From NCBI RefSeq assembly GCF_018350175.1, contig NC_058368.1:13144001-13208000 (forward strand): a stretch of DNA of 64,000 bases, written 5' to 3'. The stretch is from Felis catus. Taxonomy: Eukaryota. Below the pieces are notes generated by a model, which saw only the letters and a list, made by a program, of their open reading frames with translations, was not told the DNA's origin and did no database searches. Position 1 is the stretch's first letter; each line of letters begins with the position of its first letter. A program made the position numbers and the translations under genes. Shown here piece after piece: positions 37,222 to 50,400 of this stretch.

Positions 37222-39687
37222 AAAAGACCAATAGTATCTACTAGTGTGGGTCACACAAGACCCCCAATATCCAAGGATTTTTAATGGCAAGCTAAAATGA
37301 AAGTTGTCTGCCTTTGTAGCACAAAATCCAACACTCCCTTAATTGCCAGGAAAAAAAAAATACTACACTGTATCAAGAATGCCCATGCAGTGCCAACACA
37401 GCAATAGATCTAGACTTGGCTAAGGGCGAAGGGAGTAATACCATCAAAAAACCACTTAAAAGATGGCAAGAAACCTGCAAACTGGGTCTCTTGAGTAATT
37501 CCACCAGTGCAACTTCTGCTCATCACTAGGAAAACCCCAGTCATGGCACACGGCCAGTCTCCAGACGTGGCTCATCCGGAGATGATGTGGGGTGAGTGAC
37601 AGCAGCATGCCTGAGCAGCTCCTGGGCAGTGAGCGCAAGTGGACCACCTCAATCAAGGAAGACAGAACAAACAGTTTAAGGAAGCCCCGAGGCTCCATTT
37701 TAAACAATGTGGCACAGCTGTGGACCGCTGAGAACTAGCAGATCAGGCATCTGTGAGGATGAAGGAGCTACCTCTGAACAAAGGCTTCAGGCTGAGTGGA
37801 GTCTAAGTGGCTGACGCTCACACACCTGCGGGCTTAGCAAACTATTTGCAGCTATGAATCAAAGCTCTGCTTTCACGGGGACAGAGTGTGAGGAGATACA
37901 CTCTTGCCTGTGTTTCGGTCTTTTAAACTGCATATGCACACATCATTAGTATCGCCTTTGAACCTGAAAGACAGAGTTACATCCTGGGACACATCAGGCA
38001 TTGTTTTTGATGTCTTCAATATTTCCTATGGCCCATAGGGTGTTGCATTAATGAGTTCTTCAGATATCTGAAGAAATGAAAAAATAACAATAATTTTGAA
38101 AAAGCTCAATGTAACATTTATCTACCAGAAATTTGTATTAGATGCTGTTTTGTAAAGAGAGATTTTCTAATAAAAAAAAGAAATTGGGAAATTAGACACT
38201 TTTCTTTGTAATGAGACCTCTTTGAAAATTTCTCTAAGAATGATGAATACAATTATTTGGTAATTACAGACCAGAAAGATATAATAGATTTTTTAAGACT
38301 CAGGTTAGCGTTTTGAAAACAGTAAACGACATTGATATGCAAATTAGGTTCAACCACTCATTTATTTTCATTTCTTCACAGATTTTAGTTATATGGACTT
38401 TTATTGAAAAATCATACGGGTTAACCTAAAAGTAGAGGTCATTAAAAAAATTAAGAGAGGTTATCTGTATAGGTTATTATGTCCTATACAGAAATAATTA
38501 TGCAATCACTACTCAGCCTTAATTTCCCACCTAGTAGTTGGCTTCTTTTTTGTGGCAAGCATTTATCCGAGATGAATTGAATAAATTAGAGGGCAAATCC
38601 TTAAAAAAGATTCAACTTGCACAATGACTTCAGGGGAATCTGTCCTTTCCCCCCTTGCTGTCTTGGTTGATTGACCTTCTCAATCACAAAACAGGAGTGG
38701 ATGTAATGGCTTACATTCATCACTCCACTGCTACTGTTCTTTGTCAGAGGACAGCTCTTTCTCTTAGGAGTATTGAGGCGATTATCCTGAGAATTTTGGC
38801 CCCAAATTCATGTCTGTGATAGTCAAAATTTCCCAAGAGAAGTTATCTTTCCGTATTCTAGCGTTACTTATCATTCTATGATGAATTTTGCAAAGGCAAA
38901 GTGGATAAGAGAATTGGAGTACTTAATTATTCTTCAGGGGGAAAAAGCAGTCTTTCCTCTTTGATAATTATCTTCGTTTTCAAGCTAATTTTGACAATGG
39001 GGACTTGGTTTCCAGCAGAAATTTAAAAATAAAGCTGGAAGGAGTTTTTTAGTAGGCATGTAAAAATGCTCACTACTAAATTTAGGCTATTGCAAAAGAT
39101 AATTATTTGCCTGATAGCTCATACACTCATTTGAGAGAGACAGTGCTGTATTTCTATACAATTAATACATGTACATGATTATAAAGATAAATAGTATTAC
39201 CGAATTTAACATGAAAAACACCAGCTCCTGGCTTTGCCTCTTCTTGTGACTAATTTCCATTCCCCAGAGACAACTTTCAACTTTTTAGTTTCTTCTGGTA
39301 CTTTGTTACATATATAAAAGTGACTTGATTATTCTATTTCTTGATTTTCAGTTGTTCTGGATATTATTCATTAATTGTGTTCTGTGGTTAGATTTAGCTT
39401 GTTTAGACATACTCCCTTTCCTCTCCCCCGAGTATTCATTATTCTCTCATCTTTCCAAAACAGCTATCTCACAAATGCCATTAAGTTATTTTATTAGTCA
39501 TACCTTAGTCACATGGTATCCATGATTGTATTTCCCCTTCTTGTAAAACTTTCTGATTTCTCTACAGGTGACAATTACATCCTTTTTATTTTTCCTTTTT
39601 TCCCCCAAATTCCCTAACAGTATTTCATTTTTGCCAGAAGTGTAAGTGCCCCTCAGTGGGTTTAATGCAACAGTAATGCAGCTCTAC

Positions 39688-39689
<2 letters not shown>

Positions 39690-39736
<47 letters not shown>
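39690..39736. repeat. (TG)n microsatellite
   Basis: Seen directly. Confidence 0.97.
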
Positions 39737-39740
<4 letters not shown>

Positions 39741-40496
39741 ATTCTTTTTTCTTAGAAACATAACTCTGGAGTCCTCTGTTGTTCTGCATTAATTTCTAAT
39801 GACGGTTTCTTAGGCGGACTACCCATTATCATCACTAGCATTCTCTTCCTTCTGTGTTAGACTGTATCCTGAAAGCCAATTTTTCTCTTTTTTAATTTCC
39901 TCCCTTATTTTCATGCAGTTCATCCTCTAGTAACTCTATAAGGTAAGATGCTTAAAAGTAAAATTTTTGAAATATGAAATGTCTCAAAATATTTTAACAT
40001 TACCTAAAATCTTGATTGATAGTTTGCCCAGGCATATAATTCCATGTTGGAAATAATTTTTTTTTCTTCAGAATTATTAAGGCCTTGCTCCACTGTCTTC
40101 TAATTTCCAATGCTGCTTTTGGGAAGTACAATGTCATTTTTATTCATGACTCTTTAAATGTGACCTATTATTGTTCCTCTGGGAGCTTTCAGCATTTTAT
40201 TTTTGTCTTTAATATTGTAAAATTTCATAAAGACATGACTTTTGAAGAAGACAGATCTTTTTTATTTTATTGTTCTCAGTACTTTCAATTTGGAAATTTG
40301 TGGTAGTCAGTTGTGAGGAATTTTCTTGAAATATTTATTTAATCATTCTCTTCCCTCTGTTTTCACTCTTTCCCTTCCAGAGTTGCTAATAGTCTAGTAC
40401 TAGAAGTCCTAACCCACCAACACTGTTTTTCCCTGTATTTTGTATCTCTTTGTGAGTTTTTCTTGTTTCTGGATGTTTATTAAATTGTAGTTTTCA

Positions 40497-40702
40497 GGGG
40501 CGCCTGGGTGGCGCAGTCGGTTAAGCATCTGACTTCAGCCAGGTCACGATCTCACGGTCCATGAGCTCGAGCCCCGCGTCGGGCTCTGGGCTGATGGCTC
40601 GGAGCCTGGAGCCTGTTTCGGATTCTGTGTCTCCCTCTCTCTCTGCCCCTCCCCCGTTCATGCTCTGTCTCTCTCTGTCCCAAAAATAAATAAACATTAA
40701 AA
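40497..40702 (+). mobile_element. Young felid SINE (SINEC_Fc-type)
   Basis: Head ggggcgcctgggtggcgcagtcgg...cttcagccaggtcacgatc; perfect TSD aaattgtagttttca at 40482-40496 and 40703-40717. Confidence 0.96.
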
Positions 40703-40767
40703 AAATTGTAGTTTTCAACTCTTCTATTGAATTTTTGCATTATATTTTTATTTTTTGAGAATTCCTT

Positions 40768-40990
40768 TTTTTAAAAATTTTTAAAAAATGTTTATTTATT
40801 TTTGAGAGACAGAGAGAGACAGCATGAGTGGGAGAGAGCAGAGAGAGAGAGGGAGACCCAGAATATGAAGCAGGCTCCAGGCTCTGAGCTGTCAGCACAG
40901 AGCCGAATGCGGGGCTTGAACTCACGAGCCATGAGATCATGACCTGAACCCAAGTTGGAAGCTCAACCAACTGAACCATGCAGGTGCCCC
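40768..40990 (-). mobile_element. CanSINE
   Basis: SINEC body; TSD gagaattc at 40757-40764 and 40991-40998. Confidence 0.94.
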
Positions 40991-43258
40991 GAGAATTCTT
41001 TATTATCTGAATAATCCTTTAAAAAAATTCTCTCTGGAATGCAGTTTCTTGTCTTAAATCTCTGAAACTATTATGGTTAAACAAATTTTTTTTGTTCTAT
41101 TTGCTGTCTTGGATTTATTTTTCTTTGTTTTAAATTGACTTTTACTTTGTAGTGGTCATGTTTAAAACAGATATAAAAATCACTACTTGGAAGTTGATGT
41201 TTATGGGTACACCTTGTCAAGTACTGAGCTTGAATATAGAATGATTGGCTGTGACCCTGCTATTTTGTTGCAGGACCTTCAATTATAAATCTCTGTAGGT
41301 CCTTTCCCATGGACAGATCAGTTTTATCAGCTTGTTGCTTAAGGGACATAAAAAGCCAGCTTTCTAGCTTTCTGGAAGCTGAGGGATGAAGGTTACTGAA
41401 AGTCTCAGAGTTCAGTATGTCGACATTCACATAACTTCCCTGTTTTTAGTACAGTCCCTCATCTTTGCCCTCAGCTGTATCTCTTATGAGCAATACCAGA
41501 TCATTTCAGGTTTAATTCTCCAGAGAGTAAACCTCTAGGCTTAACTTGTACTTGGAAAGAGATAATTGCAACCAAAAAGGTCAATTTTCCCTTTAAAAAT
41601 GTAGCCAGCCCTTCAACTCATTCTTCTGTGGTAGCCCTGTGCACCTGCCCTTTTAGAACTTATTTCTGCCATATCCAGAGCATCCCAAAGGGCTAGAAGG
41701 TGAACATCAATTTGATTCCTTTTAGTTTCCCCTACTTTAGACTCAGATTATAGTTTTCTCAGATATTGGAAGTCAGTTACCACTTGTATCTTCCAGCTTC
41801 TAGATTTTGTTTTATCTCTTGTATGCTTTGTCTCTATTCCTGCTCTCTTCATCTTGGCGTTTTTTTTTTTTTTTTTGCTTTTTGTTTGTTTGTTTGTTTC
41901 TTCACTTTCTTTTAAATGTGATTTAAAATGTGTGAAGATAGATTTTGTGTTCAATTTGCCTGCTTACCTAGAACCCTTGACATGTGGAAACAGCAGTGTA
42001 CTCTGGAAAAAACCTAAGCTTTGGGAATTTTCTTGACTGAAAAGTGGATATAGTCTCAGGTCTTCAAGAAAGATAGTTTTGCATTAAGTTGAAAATTAAA
42101 GCAATAACACTGAGAAGATTTATTTGTAACTGGTAATTTTCACATAAAGTCACACCCATGATGAATTGTAAAGGCCTAAAAACCATGATCGAGGTGTAGA
42201 ATTTTCAAGCATAGAGGAGTTTGTTTGGTTATCTACACAATATTTGTCTTTATTTGCATATAGAATCTCAAATTCCACAGTTGCTTTTATGAGTTTTAGT
42301 AAAATTTCCATCATGCTTGATACAAAACATAACGGATTTGGGCTGGTATATAATGCAGTTAGCCGTTTTGCTACCATTTTTGGATTAATCTCAAAAAAAA
42401 TCTAAAAACAACTCAAATTTTGCTATGTTTTAGAAAATGCTTCAACAGTTACCTTTCTGTGAGAAACATTGAAGACAATAAGATGGAAATCATCCTGACT
42501 AAAATTCTCTAAAAATATAATCAACCACAAACAATAAACTAGATACTTGTGTTGATGCTGGTTGACACTGCTTGCTTTGCTTTGATTACATTATTAGGCC
42601 TTGACCTGAGATGCAGGGTTTTCACAGGTAGAATCAGTGTAAGCAGGGCAGGGCAATCATGTTGACTTCCTGTGTTCCTAATAGAGTTCCTCCATTTATT
42701 CCTGTGCTCTTTTTCCCCAAATCCACATAAAACTTCAGGATCTTTCCCTCGGCTGGGATCTATTACCAATCTATTGGATTTGACTTGTGAAATGGTCTCT
42801 ATTTGCCAGTCTTTGCCTGGAGATAGCTGGACATCTGAAGAAGGGGCCACGTTTAGCAAAATTTATCTTTAGAAGTAAAAGAAATGAGAGAAAGCTATCA
42901 GGATTTTAGGATATTGAGAGTTAGAAATGTGAAAGGTTATTTGATTTTTTCTTTAATTTTTCCAAAGATCTGGCAATAGAATACTGACCATGGAAAGGGC
43001 TTCCATATGTCCTCCTGGGATAGTTGGAAGATGAGAACCTATTGAGTCACAATCCACAGGCAGGCCGGTAGATACATATTTCCTGATTTAGAGTACATTG
43101 GGAGAGTTTTACACAGGGTTACAGAATTTGCAATTAGAAAGAAGGGGCACAACTTAAATTTTAAAATATTCAAAATAAAAATCTTGCCCATAAGGAAGAC
43201 CACATTAGCTTGGCCAGACTACTGGAGGATATTTGGAGGTAGGGTAAAAACGAAATTC

Positions 43259-43460
43259 TTTTTTTTTAAAGGTTTTTTTTAATGTTTGTTTGAGCAAGAG
43301 AGAGAGACAGAGAGACAGAGACAGAAACAGAGACAGAGGACCTGAAGCAGGCTCTGCACGGACAGCAGAGAGCCCCATACGGGGCTTGAACTCATGAACC
43401 ATACGATCATGACTTGAGCTGAAGTCAGACCCCCAACCGCCTGAGCCACCCAGGTGCCCC
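43259..43460 (-). mobile_element. CanSINE
   Basis: SINEC body ending gagccacccaggtgcccc. Confidence 0.92.
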
Positions 43461-44774
43461 AAAATAAATTATATAAAACACAGTTTTAGTGCTGCTCAAA
43501 TACTAATGAAGGCCTTGAAGTTCTGCAACATAGAATAAATAACCAGAGTTGGTAGATTCAGAGAAGGAGTCATGATTATAGACTATGGAGTCAGGTGACT
43601 TGGTGTTGAGGAAACTCCTATCAGCTGTGTGAACGGGTGCTAGTCAGAGACAATAACACCTACTTCACCAAGCCAATGTGAGATAGCATTGCAGATAGTA
43701 GGTGTTCCATACACAGTTATTATTATTTCCCTGGGAAAAATATTAACAAAGAATATGGTTAAAGCTGTCTGGACTTTAGCAAAGTGACAAAATACGAGTT
43801 AAACTTCAGAATACATTTTTTTAGAGTGAAACTGATATAGATAATCAACAGTCTGCCCCAAATACTAGTTTTGGACTTCAAATTAAAAAATATGTTAACT
43901 GAGCTGTTCTCACCCAAGAAGGACTGTGTCATCTGCAAAATAGAATCCACATGTTGCCCAGCTACTCCTGTCTGGAAGGAGATAACCAAGTCTTCTAAAA
44001 GCTGGGTATGGCTTACTTAGGTATAGATTAAAAAACTAGGAGAGTAAGAAACATCCTGGCTTGATGACATTTAAAATGTGAATTTGCTCTTTGAAAAGGC
44101 CATTTCTGTCTGTTGTTTCTCAAAGTGGTATGATCAAGGTTTAAAGTTGTATCCAGAGCCTTCTTGATGCGAACACTGTGATTCACAAGTATAGCTTTCC
44201 TTCTGTGTTGAGGCCAGAATGTTTCCTTTGGGAATATGCTTCTCTGAAATGATAGCATAAGACTTCTGGGAAGTGATTCCATGCATAGTAAATACTGTGG
44301 TTGTTGCCACATGAGTGCTTGGGCAACGTTGCCAGGCCCGGAGAGGTAGTAAGTCCAGGACTCACAGAAATTCCAGGGCAGCACGTGTGGCAGGACCTAG
44401 AGGAAGGCTGCCTTGTGGTTGTCACCCTACACTATTGGCAATGCATCCCTAAGCCTCAGCTCCTGGCCTTGACTCTTTTTAGATTTTTCCATGCTTCTCA
44501 TTTGGGGAAGAAGCCGTTCCCTAACAGGCTTACTCTGGCCCTGGAGAGATAGTAGGGAGCAAGATGGAGAGCAAAACAGGGAGGGAGGCAGGAGTTGAGA
44601 AGAGCAGAGACCAAGAGACAAATCTTGACACAAGGTGTTGATGGCAACTTAGTAATAAGCTCTTTTGATAAGATATCCTCCAGTTGAAATTCTAGACAAG
44701 TTACCATCAAACTTTACTGGTTGTATTTGCCCACTTTACGGCCTTATTTTGATACATATTGAGCTAGTGTACCA

Positions 44775-44935
44775 TTCAAGATTCAACCAGAAAAACAACA
44801 AATATACAAAGGGCTTTGTTGTTGAGATTTGACTTCTGCAGTTGTGGGAGCTCGTTGAGCAGTCTCTGTAAGGCTTTTGCCTTTGCATCTGATACTGGGG
44901 CTTGCAGCCTACAGACAGGCAGTCAGGAACAATAT
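44775..44935 (-). mobile_element. MLT2-like (ERVL LTR) fragment
   Basis: gattcaaccagaaaaac...cagttgtgggagctcgttgagcagtctctgtaaggc resembles MLT2F. Confidence 0.45.
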
Positions 44936-45339
44936 GATACTCAACACAGAGCCAACCTAATCACATACGCAAGCTTCAACACTGATTACTCAAGATATGT
45001 AAAATTGTGGTTATCCAGATGACATAGAATATGCTTATATTTCCAGGTTATCAATACAAATTTATTTTTTATTGAAAAAAATTAATGTCTGAGAATTAGT
45101 CTGAAACCCTTAGGAGTTTGTGAGGCCCCAGTTTGAGAATCATTGTTATAATGTGGAAAGTAAAGAGTCAGACAAACTGGATTCAAATCCTACCTCTACT
45201 ACCTCTATCACAATTTGACAAGTGCTTAAAATCTCCATGTCTCTGTTTTCTCAAAAAAAAAGAGAGAAAGTATGCATTGGCTGCAAGAATTCAATGAGTA
45301 ATTCACTAATTCAATAAACAGTTATTGAGAATTTATAAT

Positions 45340-46530
45340 ATGTCAAGTACTCTTCTAGGTCCTGGGCATATGGTAACAAATGAAAGTACATAATAACCCA
45401 GTTAGTGGAGACAGACAAAAATTTATATATGGTGGGGGGGGGGTGGTGAGCATACTCTAGGTGACAATATGAACTGAGAAGAAACAAAGCATAAAGCAAG
45501 ACTAGGAGACACAGGATGAATGGGTAGATTCTATTACATGAAAGGTAATCAAGGAACTGTATTTGATATTTATTGCTGAGTAAAAAATTATCCCTAAAGT
45601 TAGTAGCTTAAAATAACATATATTATCATTTCAAAGTTTCTGTAGCTCCAGAATTTGAGCATGGTTTAGCTTCAGGATCTCTTACAAGGGTGCAATTAAG
45701 ATTTCTTTAAGATCTGGGGTTGCATTCCAAGGTTTGATTGGGGAAAGATCCACTGCCAAGTTCCTTGTGTGGTTGTTGAAAGGATTTAGCTCCTTAGTAG
45801 CTGTTGAACTGTTGGGGACTGTTGGCTGGAAGCTGTCCTTAGTGTCTTGCCACATGGGATTCTGCAACATTGCAGCTGTTTCATCAAAGGCAGTGAAAGA
45901 GAGTCTCCTGCCAAGGTGGAAGTAACAATCTTTGTATTCTAACCATAGGAGTGACATCCCCTAAATGTTGCCATGTTCTATTGGTTAAAAGCATATTCAT
46001 GGGGAGGGGATGGTACAAGGTCATAAATAGCAGGAGGTAGGAATCTTTGGACACCATCTTGGTGGCTGCTTACCACAGAAAGCTTCTCTAAAGAGAGAAT
46101 GTTTGAATGAATATTCAGTTAAATGAATAACGAACCTTGTGTATAACTCAGGAAAGAGCCTTCCCAAGCAGAGGGAATATAAGTGCAAAGATTTGGAGGT
46201 GAAAGTGTCCTTGGTGTGCCCAAGGGAAAGAATGGAAATCAGAGTTGCTGGCGCAGAGTGAAGGAGGCAGAGGGTGATCGTTATAGAAATTAGAGAGGCC
46301 AGTTCATGTGGGACTATGAAGGCCATTGGGAAAATCTAGATTCTATTCTGAATGAGATGAGAGGCCATTAGAAGACCTTGAGGAGTGGAGCCACATGAAA
46401 TGATTTATCTCTTAAAAGACTCTGCTGCTATGGAGTTTGTGGGGTGGATGGAATACAAGCAGAATCAGGGACATGAGATGAGACGCTGAGGCAATAGTCC
46501 AGGTGAATAATGAAGGTGCTTAACAGGAAG
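45340..46530 (+). mobile_element. LINE2 split by an MLT1 LTR
   Basis: L2-like text on both sides of 45560-46077 (ttagtggagacagaca...; aagtgcaaagatttggaggtg...tagattctattctgaatgagatgagaggccattag). Confidence 0.6.
45560..46077 (-). mobile_element. MLT1 (MaLR) solo LTR
   Basis: tattgctgagtaaaaaattatccctaaagttagtagcttaaaataac...ttctattggttaaaagc...ccatcttggtggctgcttaccaca. Confidence 0.75.
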
Positions 46531-46609
46531 GGGGCAACAGTAACCGGAAAATAGAAAGCATCCCATCAATGTCAGCTATAGTGCTATTATTGCCTTTATT
46601 TCTTAGATC

Positions 46610-46790
46610 CGTGATTCTCAAACAATTATATACCTACATCTTACCTGGCGAACTTGTTCTAAATATAGATTTGAGGCTTTACCCCCAGATGGAGTGATTT
46701 AATATGCTTTGTGGGTGGGAAGATAGAACCTACATGTACATTTTAAACACTGAACTGATTATCCTGGTGCAAGTTGTTCATGGCTACCTA
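46610..46790. mobile_element. MER5-like hAT non-autonomous fragment
   Basis: gtgattctcaaac...tacctggcgaacttgttctaaatatagatt...acccccaga...cattttaaacac. Confidence 0.45.
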
Positions 46791-47043
46791 TACTGCCTTT
46801 GTTGTTGCTATTGTTATTTTTCACAAAACAAGAAGTAAATAAAATATTCATGCCTTCCCCCCCGGCACACACCCACACACAGATTTGAATTCCCTAATCC
46901 ATTCTTGAGTGAAGTCTGACATGCCCATGAAGACTTGGGTGGTTCTTTTGTGAGGAAAACAAGACAGGGCAATAGAGAGGAGTATCTTTCCGCAGTCACT
47001 ATTCCTAGTTCCAATGAAGAGAGATCAAAGTGGTAGGCATATG

Positions 47044-47087
47044 TTTATTTTATTTTATTTTATTTTATTTTATTTTATTTTATTTTT
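47044..47087. repeat. (TTTTA)n microsatellite
   Basis: Seen directly. Confidence 0.93.
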
Positions 47088-47401
47088 ACCTAATTTGTCC
47101 AGGTAACTCTAATTTCAGGCCTGCAAATGCGCCTCTCTTTTAACCAAACTTCAAGGGTGTCTTTAAAGGAAGCATGTTGCATGAATTCCCAATATAGGTA
47201 TTGGAAACCAGAATTATGTTTCTCTCATGTAGTCTTGACAATGTAGCAGATTGTGTTTGACACATTGTTAATGACACAAAGGTTTGAAAAATGGCTTAGA
47301 TGTGTGATAAAGTAGGTGTACTGCTTAGACAGCTCATTCTTACTGATAAGATGTAAAATCATGCTCAGTCGAGTTAGTGATGTTTGTGTTTCTGGCTTTT
47401 G

Positions 47402-47403
<2 letters not shown>

Positions 47404-47433
<30 letters not shown>
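47404..47433. repeat. (TG)n microsatellite
   Basis: Seen directly. Confidence 0.95.
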
Positions 47434-47434
<1 letters not shown>

Positions 47435-50400
47435 GGAATGGCAGCTTTGGTCATTTGAATAACACCTCAGTTCAAGGGCACATGATCCTTCTTAGAAATT
47501 GCTAGATTAGAAATCATGCCTTTTTCTTCCCCTTAATCTACTTGCATTTCATATGTTATATGCAAATTTTCTTTCATAATTAAAAATTTTAAGGACAAAA
47601 TTATCTTTCACCTGCCTTGGAACACCAGTCCCACTCTTTAGAGTTAGCTAATATCAAGTTTCTTGTGTATCCTTCCAGAAACTTTTCATGTATATACACA
47701 GATCCTTTTGTTTATCCAAATGGGAACATAACGCATTCTCTGTTTTATTCCATGTACTTTTTCAATACTGTTTTTTTCCCTCTAAACAGGTAAGTACATT
47801 GTTTTTAAAATAGGAAAACACATTGTAAAATGACTCTTACATCACCCAAGATGAGACAGTATGAAGTAAGTCTTTATTCTACCCTGTTATCCTGAATTGT
47901 CCCAGATCCCTTCCCCAGAAGAAACTCATTATTCATTTCTTGTGTATCCTTCCAGAGATGGTATATGCATGTACAGGCATAGAGGTGTATTTATGTCATT
48001 CTGTAGATTACATGCTGTATCTTACAAATCACTTGATACTTCTGTGCAATGGAGTAGGAGACAAACTGTTAATACATAATGTGAGACACCTCTCTGCCTG
48101 CTCTACAAGGGAAATAATGGCACTTAGTTTGGAGAACTGAAGATGAAACAAGAACCCAAGAATATGAGCTCCCCAGACATGTGCAAGGAGGTGGGGGATG
48201 TTCTTAGTTTAGCAGAGGCTTGGCCTGAAGAAGCAGAGATGAAGGGAGTTCTCCATGGCCTTAGCCTGGCCCGGAAAACAGATTAAGATGCTAAAAACCA
48301 TTCTGACTTAATGAGATTCTAGAACAGAAATAGACTGATATCCAGTAACTGGATAAAACGTCCAGTCCTAAGCCAGCCCCATCTGACTTTGCCTGTCATT
48401 ACATTAATGTGCTGTTGGTGTCCAAACAGCTGGACAGCAGCCTTTCTGAATGTAATAAAAACTTGGCTTGGTTTCTTAAATGAAATGAAAACAATTTTAT
48501 TACCACTCACAAGAATCTTAGTGGGAAGAGATAAATGTTTTAATGCTGACAGTGCTTGAAGAAACAGCCTTTAAAACCTTAGAGGGCCAAACTGAAAGCG
48601 AGAAAAGTGTGATGCTGTTTCTCTGTGACCCAAATTCTGAGATTACAAGTCTTGATGGGAAGTCTCTTCCCCATATTCAGGTTAGTTCTTCCCCATTGGA
48701 AATAACAGCATAGGGTGCAGTGAGTGCCTATTTATATACATCATCAAATACATTCTGTTGGAAAATTGATGTCCCATCAGAAAACTGTAAATACTTTGAA
48801 TTCTGAGAACTGTGTTCCACTAGTGACCAGTTTCCTTGTAATTGTAGGTAATTGGGATGAGAAAATGGGATTTGGAGATAATGTATACACGTACTTGATG
48901 AAGGCTTGGATTCCAGTGACCTTCTAGATCAGATAATTTTCCTAACAGGATTGTCTAAAGGAGTTGTTGACTGACTTGCCTAAATTTTCAAACAAGCCCA
49001 TGAATCATAGGAGAGGATATACACAGAGTTCATTTCTTGAGCCAAAGAGTGAGAGAGAAAGAAAAAGTTTAAAACGTTAGTTATTGATTTTTTGGCAGGC
49101 GAAATTAATAGTGGTTTCTCCTCCCCCACAATTAAATCTATGTCTTAATTGTAACCTTCCTTTCATGAAGAAGCACACGCAGAACCTTGGGATTACTTCT
49201 TTGAACGAGTTAAGTCAAAATATTATTCTTCATGGGAGGCTGGATCAGTATTCGAACTGCTGATGTGAAGGTTTCCATTTTGGCTGTCCTTTGGGAGCTC
49301 TGGCTCAGCCGTGAGCAGCCCTTCTCTCCTCAGGGAACTGGTTTCAGAAGGAAACCTGATTAGAATAGACACACTGTGGCTGGTGAAGCCCACGGAAACC
49401 TCGTAAGTTTTAATATGTGACAGAAAGGAAACCCAATTACTTTCGACCCAGTATTCTTACTAGACATGATGCCTACACATGACACAATTTTCCATATACA
49501 CACTTACATTTACTGGGGCAGGGAAAAAACATTGATACACAGTTCATTGTTTCAGTCGTTTTTACTGAAGTCTTTGTTGTTTTAGTGTTTCTCATTTCTC
49601 TTTCAGAAGATATGTGAAAATGGGTTGATATTTGTGTGATTTGGCAATGGTAAAACAAGCTTGTTTGCATCATTAAAGTGAAAAGAGGTATTTCTGTCCA
49701 GTTGCCTACATAGTCTGTGCTGGTAGTCTTCTTGCTATAGATGCTCATTTGTCACACTAATAGTTTCCAAGTAATTTTTGTCCATTGCCCATATTTTAAA
49801 GTAAGCAGATCTGGGCTTAATGTAAAGATACATTCAGATATCTGATAGGCATTAATCTCACTAGGATGATTGAAAGGTAGGATATCAGTGTCTGAAAATA
49901 AGCTTTGGGCCAGAATAAAAGCTTGGAGAGCAACCCTTGGTAGCAGAGTCCTTTCTCTGAGATGGCGAGACTTGGCCCTATCATTAAGAGTGATATTTAT
50001 CTTCTTATGTGGTTTCTCAACATTCCTTAAACACCAAACCTAATGTGAAGATTAGGGATCCTGGACTCCAGTTGTCCTTGACTAAGGATGCTTGTGGGTA
50101 AAACTGGTGTCTCAGAATGTGGTTGAATAGACAGGTGGAGTGAGCATCCTAGAAATACCTACAGCTTGACTTTGCATTATGTAGCATCTCTAGGCAAAAC
50201 AGGGAAACTTGAGCTTCTTCTTTTGAGAGCTACCTTATTGTGGTCAGTGTTTGGCTGAGCTGATCATCTCTCTTTTGGGCCACTTTATCGAAAAGATAGA
50301 TCTCAGCCATAAGCTAAATTAAATGCACCTACTTCCAGGAGTGGAAATAAACCCATGAGCTCTACTTCATGCCCAGCATCATTGTTCTTACTAACCTGAT

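Larger units (their letters stand above)
39200..41960 (-). mobile_element. Very old L1-type fragments (L1ME/HAL1-like)
   Basis: Pyrimidine-rich antisense text such as cttgattgatagtttgcccaggcatataattc...ttgctccactgtcttctaatttccaatgctgct; boundaries uncertain. Confidence 0.5.

Noticed and set aside
40497..40600. tRNA-like A/B box heads
   Set aside because: These belong to tRNA-derived SINEs; no complete cloverleaf tRNA gene is present.
42150..42859. ORFs of 75 and 106 aa and a faint hAT-like FW...SYL pattern
   Set aside because: No convincing domain similarity or exon structure; too weak to call.
47658..47956. Direct repeat tttcttgtgtatccttccaga
   Set aside because: Best explained as two adjacent old L1 3'-end fragments sharing consensus sequence.
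48395..48458. Possible pre-miRNA hairpin (attacatt...tgtcca/tggaca...aatgtaat)
   Set aside because: The central stem has too many mismatches and I recognise no mature miRNA.
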